From an uncultured Gammaproteobacteria bacterium (GTDB lineage: Bacteria; Pseudomonadota; Gammaproteobacteria; SZUA-229): a DNA stretch of 64,000 bases. Where the stretch lies: contig CBFCZV010000011.1 of the NCBI GenBank assembly GCA_965602855.1, forward strand, positions 453 through 64,452, written 5' to 3'. A program made the position numbers and the translations under genes. Of the stretch, positions 10,242-19,972 are shown one piece after another. The notes under the pieces were generated by a model. The model had not been told where the DNA came from and ran no database searches. It saw only the letters and a list, made by a program, of their open reading frames with translations. Positions within the stretch are counted from its first letter, which is position 1. Every line of letters starts with the position of its first letter.

Positions 10242-11372
10242 ATGTTTTCATCAAACACCAACATGCAATCAATAGTGAGCAACTTTCACATTGATCATAT
10301 GATGCGCTACAGCCTTTTTGTTCCACGTCTATACAATCTTTGTAGGTCACTGGGTTTTGAAGCGGGCAAAATCACCCCTTCACGTGCTTTCTGTTCAGAT
10401 GAGAATCAGGGCTTCCCAATTATTCTTATCGCCAAGCATTTTGGTGCTTTTCCTTTCAATCATGGTCGAGTTGGTGGCATTGTCGCAACAGATCGTCATG
10501 GCCCACATGCGCATCATGGTAAAGACATGGTGATTATTCAGGCCAGCCACGTTGGCTACGACCCTGAAACTGAAACATTTGGTAGTTATTGTCGCCTACA
10601 AACTACAGAACATGATAATACTGTTACCTGCGGGAAAATCGGCGGCGTCATGCAGTGGTACCAGAAAGAATACCGCTTTGCACAAAAAAATATTTATCTT
10701 GGCTGCAATGATGGCATTTACACCATCACTATTGATAATCATCTGCTCAACGACAAGCGAACTGAGGGGCTCTTTCTTGAACTGGACAAGCTGATAGAAA
10801 AACAGGACGGGGGATTTCAATTAATTAAAAGCCTCAGCACTTCTCGTGTTTATGCCGCTTCAAAGGAGCTTTGCCAACACATTCCTGAAAGCTTCTGGAA
10901 TGGCACAGCTATTGGCGATAAGCTTGGTCCGGAAATGTTTATTTTTCATCATAGAATCAATGATGATATAGAGGGTTATGATCATCTCGAAAATAATCTG
11001 ATCAATGCGATGCCCTGGATTATTACTTCGGATTCGCCGCTACTGGTAGCAGCACAAGTCAATACACAAGCTGAATTTGATCGCGCTTATCGCACTATCG
11101 TTAAAGAACCAGAGTACGAAGGTAAGCGACTGCTATTTATTTCATGCCTGAACATCGATATTTCTCCACGCGAAGGCCAAATATTCCCACTTACTAAATG
11201 CATACCCTGGGCTGCTTATATACAGGATGCTGATGGTAAATCACGCACCATTGAGCAAGATGAAATTGTTGAAATGCTGATGCAGCAAAGTGATGAAAAT
11301 TCTGATCAGATCGATCTTGAAGCAGCAATTCAGCAGATGATTGACGCAGAAGAAATTAAAATAAAAATTTAA
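10242..11372 (+). CDS. hypothetical protein; possible LCIB-like (beta-carbonic-anhydrase-related) fold
   Basis: 376 aa, no signal peptide. The motifs FCSDENQ, ASHVGYDPE and TVTCGKIGG resemble, from memory, the Cys/His/Cys metal-site motifs of the LCIB family. Not verifiable here. Confidence 0.55.
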   Translation: MFSSNTNMQSIVSNFHIDHMMRYSLFVPRLYNLCRSLGFEAGKITPSRAFCSDENQGFPIILIAKHFGAFPFNHGRVGGIVATDRHGPHAHHGKDMVIIQASHVGYDPETETFGSYCRLQTTEHDNTVTCGKIGGVMQWYQKEYRFAQKNIYLGCNDGIYTITIDNHLLNDKRTEGLFLELDKLIEKQDGGFQLIKSLSTSRVYAASKELCQHIPESFWNGTAIGDKLGPEMFIFHHRINDDIEGYDHLENNLINAMPWIITSDSPLLVAAQVNTQAEFDRAYRTIVKEPEYEGKRLLFISCLNIDISPREGQIFPLTKCIPWAAYIQDADGKSRTIEQDEIVEMLMQQSDENSDQIDLEAAIQQMIDAEEIKIKI

Positions 11373-11406
11373 TTATGAGAATGAATAACGATAAGGTAAC
11401 TTTAGA

Positions 11407-11904
11407 ATGAACCATTTGATTAAATTAACAATTATTTTTTCGATGACTATAGCAAGCTTTTCTCTGGGCCATGCAGAAACAAAATCAAATGACTCTGCTA
11501 TTGAAACGCTTTCCCCAGACATACGCGATCTACTCACAAAAGAAATGAAAGCACTACAGGAAGGAATGATGTCGATCATTCCCGCTTATGTTTCTGGTGA
11601 CTGGAAAAAAATAGAACATACTGCTCATAAAATGAAAAACAGCTATATCATGAAGCAGAGCCTTACTGAAGAACAGAAGAAAGAACTACGTGCCACGCTG
11701 CCTGAAGCGTTTATAAAACAAGATCAACAGTTTCATTATCTGGCTGGAATGCTTGAGCATGTAGCTAAAGAAGAAAAGATAGAACTTATTGGTTTTTATT
11801 TTTCAGAAATGAATGAGGCCTGTGTTGCCTGCCATGCACAATATGCCGGACACAAGTTCCCTTCATTCTCACATATAGTAAAAAACACCGAACATAATCA
11901 CTAA
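11407..11904 (+). CDS. class II c-type cytochrome (cytochrome c-prime / c556-like)
   Basis: 165 aa with signal peptide (SFSLGHA), helix-rich, and a single CVACH close to the C-terminus. That placement is typical of four-helix-bundle class II cytochromes. Confidence 0.5.
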   Translation: MNHLIKLTIIFSMTIASFSLGHAETKSNDSAIETLSPDIRDLLTKEMKALQEGMMSIIPAYVSGDWKKIEHTAHKMKNSYIMKQSLTEEQKKELRATLPEAFIKQDQQFHYLAGMLEHVAKEEKIELIGFYFSEMNEACVACHAQYAGHKFPSFSHIVKNTEHNH

Positions 11905-11910
11905 AAATTA

Positions 11911-12666
11911 TTAACGATTCCAACGTGAAGGATCACTGATTTCCTTCATCTTTCCTTCAATCCAGGCTTCAGCTTCAGCATTCACTTCACCCACAGTTTT
12001 TCCTTCAGGATTTATCACAGGGCCAATGCTGACACTGATACACCCCGGCCATTTAATAAAACTGTGACGCGCCCAGAACTCACCCGCATTGTGTGCAACA
12101 GGCACAACCGGATAACCTGTTTCCACAGCCAGCCTTGCACCACCCGCTTTATATCGCTTCGCTTCTCCCGGTCTGGCACGTGTACCTTCTGGAAAGACCA
12201 CAACCCAGTAACCATCCTTGAGCATTTCCCTGCCCTGTTCGATCATTTGAGTTATTGCCTTTCTGCCCGATGAGCGATCAATGGCGATGGGTTTCATTAA
12301 TGCCAGCCCCCAGCCGAAAAATGGAATTCTCAGTAATTCTTTTTTGAGTACCCAACGTATCTGCGGCAAATCAATTTGCAGCATTAATGTTTCCCAGGTT
12401 GACTGATGCTTGCACAAAACAACCGCACCACCTTCTGGAATATTTTCCTGTCCTTCTATCGTATAACTTAACTTACAGACCCGTTCTATCCACCACAATC
12501 CGAAGCGCGCGAAATTCTTTGCGAATTGAAATCGCTTATCAACGTGTAAAGGAGAAATTAAAACGGTAATGCTACCAAACACTATTGAAGCGATTAACAT
12601 ACTCAACCAATAGATGGCAGAGCGAATGTAAAGAACAGGTTTTGAGGGGATTTTTTGCTCGGACAT
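11911..12666 (-). CDS. plsC: 1-acyl-sn-glycerol-3-phosphate acyltransferase
   Basis: 251 aa with N-terminal TM. Acyltransferase motifs CKHQSTWET and VFPEGTR. Confidence 0.8.
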   Translation of the reverse strand: MSEQKIPSKPVLYIRSAIYWLSMLIASIVFGSITVLISPLHVDKRFQFAKNFARFGLWWIERVCKLSYTIEGQENIPEGGAVVLCKHQSTWETLMLQIDLPQIRWVLKKELLRIPFFGWGLALMKPIAIDRSSGRKAITQMIEQGREMLKDGYWVVVFPEGTRARPGEAKRYKAGGARLAVETGYPVVPVAHNAGEFWARHSFIKWPGCISVSIGPVINPEGKTVGEVNAEAEAWIEGKMKEISDPSRWNR

Positions 12667-12673
12667 TTGAGTC

Positions 12674-13225
12674 CTAAGCCGTGCTCAAAATAGTATCAAC
12701 AGCCGAGGCTAAATCATGATGAACAGGAATATCACCAAAGCCGTGTTCGTCTAGCTGCTTTTCTGTTTTTTTACCTTTGCCTGTTCTAACCAGAACAGGA
12801 TTCACGCCTGCAGCCGAAGCCGCTTTCATGTCACTGATAGTGTCACCAATGAAAATTATTTTTTCCAGGCTTTGCTGAAAACGCTCGGCAATGTCGTGCA
12901 ACATACCCGGTTTCGGTTTGCGACAGTCGCAGCCATCTTTAGGGCCATGCGGACAATAAAACACAGCATCAATCTGACCACCAAGATCTGACAGCAGGGT
13001 TTCCATTTTTCGATGCATGGCCGACAATGTTTTTAAATCGAAATAGCCACGAGCCAGACCAGACTGATTAGTCGCCACCGCTACGGTATAGCCTTCATGG
13101 TTTAATTTGGCAATGGCTTCAAGGCTGCCGGGAATAGGAATCCATTCATCCGGACACTTTATATATTCATCCGAATCCTGATTGATCACACCATCTCTAT
13201 CGAGAATAATTAGTTTCATAGTCAT
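12674..13225 (-). CDS. gmhB: D-glycero-beta-D-manno-heptose-1,7-bisphosphate 7-phosphatase
   Basis: 183 aa. HAD motif ILDRDGVIN, Zn-binding CPHGPKDGCDCRKPKPGM, and GDTISDM. Confidence 0.85.
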   Translation of the reverse strand: MTMKLIILDRDGVINQDSDEYIKCPDEWIPIPGSLEAIAKLNHEGYTVAVATNQSGLARGYFDLKTLSAMHRKMETLLSDLGGQIDAVFYCPHGPKDGCDCRKPKPGMLHDIAERFQQSLEKIIFIGDTISDMKAASAAGVNPVLVRTGKGKKTEKQLDEHGFGDIPVHHDLASAVDTILSTA

Positions 13226-15300
13226 TAACCCTTCTGGTGCAAGCGTGACAAATCAGCGGCACGCATAAACAGCGCACTCATTTGAGCCAGCAAGGCTATA
13301 CGATTATTTTTAATACCTTCATTATCAGCCATCACCATGACCGAATCAAAGAAAGCATCAACAGGTTCGCGCAATGATGACAGCTTACGTAAGGCCTGTT
13401 CGTAATCACCTTCATCGAACAATGACTCTACTTCTGATCTTAATGAAGCCAGTTGATTGAACAGTGCTTTTTCAGCTTCTTCTTCGAACAGAGATTTGAC
13501 GACTTTACCGGTCGCTTCTGCCTCTGATTTTTTCAGGATATTACCGACGCGTTTATTTGCTGCGGCCAGGCTTTTTGCTTCCGGCAAAGCACGGAAAGCA
13601 CTCACTGCTTTAATACGCTTGTCAAAATCTAATGGTCGTGATGGGCGCAAGGCTGAGACCGCATCAAATACATCAACGTGTATATCACGATCCAGATAGT
13701 AAGCGCGTAAGCGTTCCATTATAAAATCAAAAACTTCGGCTTTGGCTTTTTCCGCATCGACTTTATCGGATAATAGTTTCGCAGCCTCCTCGATCAACAC
13801 TTCAAGATCAAGATCCAGCTTACATTCGATCAATATACGTAATACACCAATAGCAGCACGACGCAAGGCATAGGGATCTTTAACGCCCGTTGGTTTCTGA
13901 CCGATAGCAAAAATACCGACCAGTGTGTCGATCCTGTCAGCAATGGCGACGACCTGCCCTACTGCTATTACGGGCAGCTTATCGCTAGCGTGACGTGGTA
14001 AATATTGTTCTTCAATAGCAATGGCGACGACGGCCTCTTCTCCAGAAGCAATTGCATAATAATGCCCCATGACACCTTGCAGTGATGGGAACTCACCGAC
14101 CATGTCGCTCATTAAATCGCATTTACTTAATAATGCAGCACGGCCCGCCTGTTTAACATTCGTACCCATCTGTTTAGCAATTATTTCTGATAACTTTTCA
14201 ATACGCTGACACTTGTCACCAAGGCTGCCCAGTTTTTTCTGGAACACCACCTGATCCAGGCGCAGAAGAAAAGCATCCAGAGGTTGTTTCTTATCCTGAT
14301 TCCAGAAGAAAGCAGCATCAGCAAAACGTGGGCGAATAACACGCTCATTGCCGGCTTTAACTTTTTCGGGTGTTTTACTGTCGATGTTACTGATAGTAAT
14401 AAAATGCGGTTTTATATTTCCATCTTTATCCAGCACTGCAAAATATTTTTGATTATCCTGCATAGTTTTAATTAGAGCTTCTGAAGGCACGTCCAGAAAT
14501 TCTTCATCAAAATCACCCATCACTGCAACGGGCCATTCAACCAGACCGGCCACTTCCTGCAACAGCTCTTCATCAATCACAACCTGACCACCGACATTGG
14601 CGGCGGCTTTTTCAACCTGATCACGAATTATATTTTTACGTTCCTCCATATCAGCAATGACAAAAGCATTACTGCGTAATTGCTCTGCGTAACTATCGGC
14701 CTCATCTAACGAGAGCGAACCGCTGGCGTGGAAACGATGACCAAAAGTTTCGCGTGAACTTTTCACGCCTAAAATTTCTGCATCAATTATTTCTGAACCG
14801 TGCAATAAAACCAGCCAGTGAACCGGGCGCACAAATTCCACATCGCTGTTACCCCAACGCATACGTTTAGGTATCGGTAATTTCTTCAATGATTGCTCAA
14901 CTATTGCCTGCAGCAACTCAGCAAGTGATTTGCCTTTTTCGTTGGCCTTGAAAACTAACCACGTACCTTTTGGTGTTTCTTCCTGCGCCAGCTCATCAAC
15001 ACTCACGCCGCAAGAACGTGCAAAACCTTCAACCGCTTTGGTTGGATTACCATCGGCATCGTAGGCCGCTTTAAGACTCGGACCTTTGCGCTCAACATCA
15101 CGGTCGGGTTGTGAATCGGGTACATTTTTAATCAGCACCGCTAAACGGCGGGGCGCTGCATAAGACTGTACATCACCAATTTCAAAACTGGCTTCACTCA
15201 ATCCATCTACGATGCCCTGCGTGAAAGCATCAGATAATTTTTTCAGCGCCTTGGGTGGTAGCTCTTCGGTGCCCAGTTCGATCAACAGGTCTTTACTCAT
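13225..15300 (-). CDS. glyS: glycine--tRNA ligase beta subunit
   Basis: 691 aa starting [19 protein letters not shown]. Immediately downstream of glyQ with a 4-nt overlap. Confidence 0.95.
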   Translation of the reverse strand: MSKDLLIELGTEELPPKALKKLSDAFTQGIVDGLSEASFEIGDVQSYAAPRRLAVLIKNVPDSQPDRDVERKGPSLKAAYDADGNPTKAVEGFARSCGVSVDELAQEETPKGTWLVFKANEKGKSLAELLQAIVEQSLKKLPIPKRMRWGNSDVEFVRPVHWLVLLHGSEIIDAEILGVKSSRETFGHRFHASGSLSLDEADSYAEQLRSNAFVIADMEERKNIIRDQVEKAAANVGGQVVIDEELLQEVAGLVEWPVAVMGDFDEEFLDVPSEALIKTMQDNQKYFAVLDKDGNIKPHFITISNIDSKTPEKVKAGNERVIRPRFADAAFFWNQDKKQPLDAFLLRLDQVVFQKKLGSLGDKCQRIEKLSEIIAKQMGTNVKQAGRAALLSKCDLMSDMVGEFPSLQGVMGHYYAIASGEEAVVAIAIEEQYLPRHASDKLPVIAVGQVVAIADRIDTLVGIFAIGQKPTGVKDPYALRRAAIGVLRILIECKLDLDLEVLIEEAAKLLSDKVDAEKAKAEVFDFIMERLRAYYLDRDIHVDVFDAVSALRPSRPLDFDKRIKAVSAFRALPEAKSLAAANKRVGNILKKSEAEATGKVVKSLFEEEAEKALFNQLASLRSEVESLFDEGDYEQALRKLSSLREPVDAFFDSVMVMADNEGIKNNRIALLAQMSALFMRAADLSRLHQKG

Positions 15301-16211
15301 GATTTGCCTCCTGTTGATGTTTTGCCAATGGGGAAGCCCAGCGCCTCGCGTGAATCATAATAGGCCTGCGCGACAGCACGTGACAATGTGCGAACACGCA
15401 AAATAAAACGCTGACGCTCGGTCACCGAAATGGCGTGGCGTGCATCCAGCAAATTAAAGGTGTGCGAGGCTTTCAAAACCATTTCGTAAGCGGGCAGCGG
15501 CAAACCCAGTTCAATCAGGCGCGCACTTTCAGCTTCGCAGGTATCAAAATAATTGAACATGGAATCGGTATCAGCCTGCTCAAAGTTATAGGTCGACATT
15601 TCTACTTCGTTCTGATGGAAGACATCACCGTAGGTCACATCACCCTGCGGGCCACGCGTCCAGATCAGGTCGAACACGCTTTCAGCTTCCTGCAAATACA
15701 TCGCCAGACGTTCCAGACCATAAGTGATCTCACCCGTTACCGGGCGACACTCCAGTCCGCCGACCTGCTGGAAATAAGTAAACTGAGTGACTTCCATACC
15801 ATTGAGCCAGACTTCCCAGCCCAGACCCCAGGCACCCAGCGTGGGTGATTCCCAGTTATCTTCGACAAAACGAATATCGTGCTCTAGCGGATCAAAACCC
15901 AGTGCTTTCAGCGAACCCAGGTATAAATCCTGGATGTCATCGGGTGAAGGTTTTAATACCACCTGGAACTGGTAATAATGCTGCAGGCGATTGGGATTTT
16001 CGCCATAGCGGCCATCGGTAGGACGGCGGCAAGGCTGCACGTAAGCAGCGCGCCATGGCTCGGGGCCAATCGCACGTAAAAAAGTCGCTGGGTGAAAAGT
16101 ACCCGCACCGACTTCAAGATCGAGAGGCTGCAATACCGCGCAACCCTGTTTTTGCCAGTAATCCTGAACTGCAAAGATCAGGCCCTGAAATGTTGAAACG
16201 TCGTAACTCAT
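15297..16211 (-). CDS. glyQ: glycine--tRNA ligase alpha subunit
   Basis: 304 aa. [41 protein letters not shown] is the highly conserved GlyQ sequence. Confidence 0.95.
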   Translation of the reverse strand: MSYDVSTFQGLIFAVQDYWQKQGCAVLQPLDLEVGAGTFHPATFLRAIGPEPWRAAYVQPCRRPTDGRYGENPNRLQHYYQFQVVLKPSPDDIQDLYLGSLKALGFDPLEHDIRFVEDNWESPTLGAWGLGWEVWLNGMEVTQFTYFQQVGGLECRPVTGEITYGLERLAMYLQEAESVFDLIWTRGPQGDVTYGDVFHQNEVEMSTYNFEQADTDSMFNYFDTCEAESARLIELGLPLPAYEMVLKASHTFNLLDARHAISVTERQRFILRVRTLSRAVAQAYYDSREALGFPIGKTSTGGKS

Positions 16212-16338
16212 TAATAAATCTACTTAATTGGTGACGCGCAAGTATACCCCAAGAACCGCATTGGGACGAGGCTGACGCGTACTTTGTCTACCGTTTTTGT
16301 TAGAATAGCCCTCCTTTTTCATCTGATTGAATACACGA

Positions 16339-17382
16339 ATGAACACACCCCGCAAAGCCGTCGCCCTGATTTCCGGCGGACTCGACTCCCTATTGGCCGC
16401 CAGACTCATGATTGAGCAAGGCATTCACGTTGAAGGCATCAACTTCTACACCGGCTTCTGCGTCGAAGGCCATACCCACGCCATTCGCAAAAAAGACAAG
16501 AAAAAACCCAAGCGTAACAATGCCTTATGGAGCGCTGAGCAGCTCGGTATCAAGCTGCATATTCTCGATATCATCGACGAATACAAGGACGTGGTGATCA
16601 ACCCCAAGCACGGCTATGGCGCAAACATGAACCCCTGCCTGGATTGCAAAATCTTCATGGTCAGCAAAGCCAAACAGTGGATGGAAGAAAACGGCTTTGA
16701 TTTCATTATCACCGGCGAAGTCGTCGGCCAGCGCCCGATGTCACAACGCAAAGACCTCTTGCCCGTGGTCGTGCGCGAATCGGGGGCCGATGATTTACTG
16801 CTGCGACCATTGTGCGCACAAAATCTAGCACCGACTCTTCCAGAGCGCGAAGGCTGGGTGGACAGGGAAAAACTGCTCGACTTCTCCGGTCGTAACCGCA
16901 AGCCACAAATGGCACTGGCCAAAGAATTTGGCTTTGAAGATTATGCCTCACCCGCGGGTGGCTGCTGCTTCCTCACCGACGAACATTATTCACGAAAACT
17001 GGTCGACCTGTGGCAGGCACGCAATAAAAAAGAATACGAGCTGGACGACATCATGCTACTCAAGGTCGGTCGCCATATTCGCCCCGAGCCGCATTACAAA
17101 CTCATTGTCAGTCGTGAAGATGGCGAGAATAACTTTCTCAACGGCTATCGCAAACAGTTTTCTACCCTTGAAATAAAAAGTCACAACGGCCCATTAACTT
17201 TGGTCGATGGCGAACTCAGTGACGACGACGCCAAACAGGCCGCACGTATTGCCGCAAGATTCAGTCAGGGCCGTGAAGCCGAAACAGTCAGCGTGAAGTT
17301 CACCCGCCTTAACGGCGAAGAGACCATGCTCGACATCGTGCCGATGCCCGCATCAGAAATTAAAAAGGAATGGTATGTCTGA
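16339..17382 (+). CDS. PP-loop ATPase superfamily protein, ThiI/MnmA-like thiolation enzyme lacking THUMP and rhodanese domains
   Basis: PP-loop ALISGGLDSLLAA; Cys motifs CLDCKIFM and GGCCFLTD. I prefer the ATG at 16339 over the TTG at 16327. Its 3' end overlaps the TusA-like gene by 8 nt. Confidence 0.6.
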   Translation: MNTPRKAVALISGGLDSLLAARLMIEQGIHVEGINFYTGFCVEGHTHAIRKKDKKKPKRNNALWSAEQLGIKLHILDIIDEYKDVVINPKHGYGANMNPCLDCKIFMVSKAKQWMEENGFDFIITGEVVGQRPMSQRKDLLPVVVRESGADDLLLRPLCAQNLAPTLPEREGWVDREKLLDFSGRNRKPQMALAKEFGFEDYASPAGGCCFLTDEHYSRKLVDLWQARNKKEYELDDIMLLKVGRHIRPEPHYKLIVSREDGENNFLNGYRKQFSTLEIKSHNGPLTLVDGELSDDDAKQAARIAARFSQGREAETVSVKFTRLNGEETMLDIVPMPASEIKKEWYV

Positions 17383-17602
17383 CTATCAACTAGATGCACG
17401 CAATAGCCTGTGCCCGATGCCAGTCATCAAAACTCAGAACAAGGTTAACGAACTAAAAGCCGGCGATACATTGGAAGTGACTTGTACTGATCCGGGGGCA
17501 CTGAATGATATTCCAGCGTGGTGTCGGATTAATGGGCATGAAATTATCGATACTGCTGAAAATAATGGTGTTGTGGTGATTGTTGTTCGGGTTGGTGGTT
17601 GA
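17375..17602 (+). CDS. TusA-family sulfurtransferase
   Basis: 75 aa. Active-site CPMP motif (ARNSLCPMPVIKT). Confidence 0.8.
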   Translation: MSDYQLDARNSLCPMPVIKTQNKVNELKAGDTLEVTCTDPGALNDIPAWCRINGHEIIDTAENNGVVVIVVRVGG

Positions 17603-18003
17603 GCTGAAACCCAACACCTCTAATTATTGCTGCCTGCCTTGCCCTCGAACTCCTGACAATCCGACTTTCTGCCTACCCCCTTTAGGCGAGCAGACAAAAC
17701 ACCAGTCAAAATCAACTCAAACACACCTATAAAAAGCCTGAATAAACAATTCAACACGCTTTACATAGCATCTGCGGTCACACCCAGATATATCATATAT
17801 CTTTGTTCTCGCCTCGTATTAAACATACACCAAAGGCAGCACTATCCATAATTTGTAATACCTTGCCTAAAGTAATGATTTCCTGTAAAACAGGAACTTA
17901 ATATAAACAAGGCAGTAAATCGTCAAGGGATAGACAGAAATCTACCTATCCCCGAAAAACCAGTCTTCTGTCTAATACACTGTTAGATTAAAACATAACC
18001 ATT

Positions 18004-18690
18004 ATGCCAATCTCTAAAAGAACAGCAAATATTTTTATTGTCATTATGCTTTCAATAGCTAGTGCTAGTTGCGACTATTTTGACGACACGTTAAACGAAT
18101 CCTATAAACCTGTAATAAATAATAGCCCACAACATTTACTTAAAATTCATGGAAAAATAGACCCATCAATTAATTTAGTTATCACAACTAAATACCTAAC
18201 AACAAACAAAAAATGTAGCAAAACTGTCAACTGGCTAGAAGGCGTGAAGTCAAAAGGAACTCACAGAATCGACCATCCAGTGAATTCAAAAGAAGGGTTA
18301 TACGAAGTTCTCGTTGAATATGAAACGCTCTTACCAGGTGATTGTCAGTGGAAAATATTCTCAATAGAGTATTCCTTGTCTAAAAATAATATAGAAAGAA
18401 AAGATCATCTATTTCCAACCACATTAATAAGATTTACTGCGGAACCAAGCCATATTCCTGATTTTAGTATTGAGTGTGATTTTTCAATGACAATGCCATC
18501 AGGTTCTATCGTACCCTGCCGTAAACCACTAGGCCGATACTATCTAGATGTTAAACAAAAAACACTTAATGTCGATTTTATAGAACGTAAATGGCTTAGA
18601 ACAAAAAGACCAAAACTAAATAATCTAACATGGCGCTCAAGTTCGCCACAAAAAACGTGGCAGGACTCGATACTTCCCCCGATTAAATAG
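18004..18690 (+). CDS. integron cassette ORF, secreted or lipoprotein-like hypothetical protein; 3' end altered by the IS insertion
   Basis: 228 aa with signal peptide (IMLSIASASC). Preceded by the core site GTTAGAT (17982-17988). The reading frame runs through the attC left half, and its last codons plus stop (PPIK*) lie inside the IS left inverted repeat. Confidence 0.5.
   Translation: MPISKRTANIFIVIMLSIASASCDYFDDTLNESYKPVINNSPQHLLKIHGKIDPSINLVITTKYLTTNKKCSKTVNWLEGVKSKGTHRIDHPVNSKEGLYEVLVEYETLLPGDCQWKIFSIEYSLSKNNIERKDHLFPTTLIRFTAEPSHIPDFSIECDFSMTMPSGSIVPCRKPLGRYYLDVKQKTLNVDFIERKWLRTKRPKLNNLTWRSSSPQKTWQDSILPPIK
18623..18672 (+). repeat. attC site of cassette 1, left half (R''-L'' side), severed by the IS
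   Basis: ATCTAAC-ATGGC-GCTCAAG-TTCGCCACAAAAAACGTGGCAGGACTCGATA aligns with the left halves of the other attC sites. R'' ATCTAAC is the exact complement of the GTTAGAT that opens this cassette. Confidence 0.75.
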
Positions 18691-18719
18691 ACACTAAAAC
18701 CTAACGGAGAAAGTGTCAC

Positions 18720-19055
18720 ATGAAAAAGACTACACAGAAGCATTTAACGTATACAAAAAGTTTTAAAATGGCGGCGGTCTGCCTTGCCAATCACCCCAGC
18801 TTCCTGACTCAGGACGTTGCATTAGCACTCGATATTCATCCCTTTATGCTGTCTCGCTGGAAGAAAGAACACCGTGATGGCGTATTAAAAGGAGCCGTTG
18901 AAGAAAACATGAAAGCAATGGAGGAGAAAGTGACTGAGCAAGCACAATTACGTCAGTTTGAAAAAAGAATTAAACGCCTTGAGCTGGAAAATGACCTGCT
19001 AAAAAAAAGCATCGACTTTGCTTCAAAACGAAACAAGACATCTTCGCCTTCATAA
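18720..19055 (+). CDS. IS3-family transposase OrfA (HTH and leucine-zipper part)
   Basis: 111 aa. Shows the FKMAAV...LDIHPFMLSRWKKEH HTH pattern and a coiled-coil ending at the slippery run. Confidence 0.85.
   Translation: MKKTTQKHLTYTKSFKMAAVCLANHPSFLTQDVALALDIHPFMLSRWKKEHRDGVLKGAVEENMKAMEEKVTEQAQLRQFEKRIKRLELENDLLKKSIDFASKRNKTSSPS
19001..19009 (+). other. probable -1 programmed ribosomal frameshift site (A8G run) joining OrfA to OrfB
   Basis: aaaaaaaag lies near the end of orfA. orfB (frame of 19070) is -1 relative to orfA (frame of 18720), as in IS3-family OrfAB fusions. Confidence 0.55.
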
Positions 19056-19069
19056 AAGAGAATAAGAAG

Positions 19070-19894
19070 ATGGGAATTGAGATGATGTGTGCTATTTATG
19101 GTGTGACGCGTGGCGGCTATTATGCCTGGCGAGATCGAAAGCCAAGTCGGCGTGCTCTGGCTAATCAAACACTATCTCAACATATCAGGCGTATTCATAA
19201 GCAAAGCTATGGTATTTATGGCAGCCCCAGAATAACGAAGAAACTACAACAGCAAGGGGTGCAAGTTAGCGAGAAGCGTGTTGCCCGTATCATGCAGTCT
19301 GAAGGCATTGTCGGATGCATTCATACAAAGAAGGGACGTGCGCCGTGCATTGTAGAGGTGATGAAGAAGTCGACAAACAAACGCCTGACATTGCCCGCAC
19401 CTACAAAAACAAATCAAATCTGGGTCGGCGATGTAACTTATCTGTGGCACAACAAACGCTGGTGGTATCTGGCGGTGGTCATGGATTTGTTCTCACGAAA
19501 AATCATTGGCTGGAAGCTTGAGAACTACCGCAAGCACAAACTAACCATGAGTGCACTTAAACAGGCATTACAAAATAGAACACTGCGTAGTGACATGATT
19601 TTTCATTCAGATAGAGGTTCGGAATATGCCGCACAAGGCTATAGAAACTTATTAAGTAATCACGGTATCGCGCCCAGTATGAATCGGCCCGGCCACTGCA
19701 CAGATAACGCACATATGGAGTCATTTTTTCATTCACTTAAAGGTGAATGGATAAAAGGCAATAAATACGATACAGTAGACGAACTACGAAAAGCACTAAG
19801 GGATTATATCGTGAATTTTTATAACCGAACTCGGTTACACTCAAGCTTGAATTACTGCTCACCCAATGAATTTGAAAGACTTCAAATTCAGTGA
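19070..19894 (+). CDS. IS3-family transposase OrfB (DDE / rve integrase core)
   Basis: 274 aa. WVGDVTYL (first D), FHSDRGSEYA (second D), DNAHMESFF (E), and the C-terminal YNRTRLHSSLNYCSPNEFE signature. Confidence 0.9.
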   Translation: MGIEMMCAIYGVTRGGYYAWRDRKPSRRALANQTLSQHIRRIHKQSYGIYGSPRITKKLQQQGVQVSEKRVARIMQSEGIVGCIHTKKGRAPCIVEVMKKSTNKRLTLPAPTKTNQIWVGDVTYLWHNKRWWYLAVVMDLFSRKIIGWKLENYRKHKLTMSALKQALQNRTLRSDMIFHSDRGSEYAAQGYRNLLSNHGIAPSMNRPGHCTDNAHMESFFHSLKGEWIKGNKYDTVDELRKALRDYIVNFYNRTRLHSSLNYCSPNEFERLQIQ

Positions 19895-19921
19895 GAACCC
19901 TGTCTGTTTTTTCGGGGGAAG

Positions 19922-19966
19922 ATCACTCGGCATAAAGCGCCGAGCCTCTTAGCTAGAACGTTAGGG
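19922..19966 (+). repeat. attC site of cassette 1, right half (L'-R' side)
   Basis: ...CTCGGCATAAAGCGCCGAG-CCT-CTTAGC-TAGAAC-GTTAGGG. L' CTTAGC pairs with L'' GCT(C)AAG at 18635-18641. The site ends in the core GTTAGGG (19960-19966). Confidence 0.75.
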
Positions 19967-19972
19967 GTAAAA

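Larger units (their letters stand above)
18673..19921 (+). mobile_element. IS3-family insertion sequence (~1.25 kb) inserted within an attC site
   Basis: Imperfect terminal inverted repeats CTTCCCCCGATTAAATAGACA (18673-) and TGTCTGTTTTTTCGGGGGAAG (-19921) match at 18/21. orfA and orfB are in the -1 frame relation. GAT occurs on both flanks (18669-71, 19921-23), so the exact ends are uncertain by 1-2 nt. Confidence 0.85.

Noticed and set aside
17603-18003. Search for an integron integrase (intI) or its pseudogene next to the array
   Set aside because: There is no ORF of 60 aa or more in either strand here. The neighbouring gene is a tusA-like sulfur carrier. No tyrosine recombinase is visible anywhere in the window.
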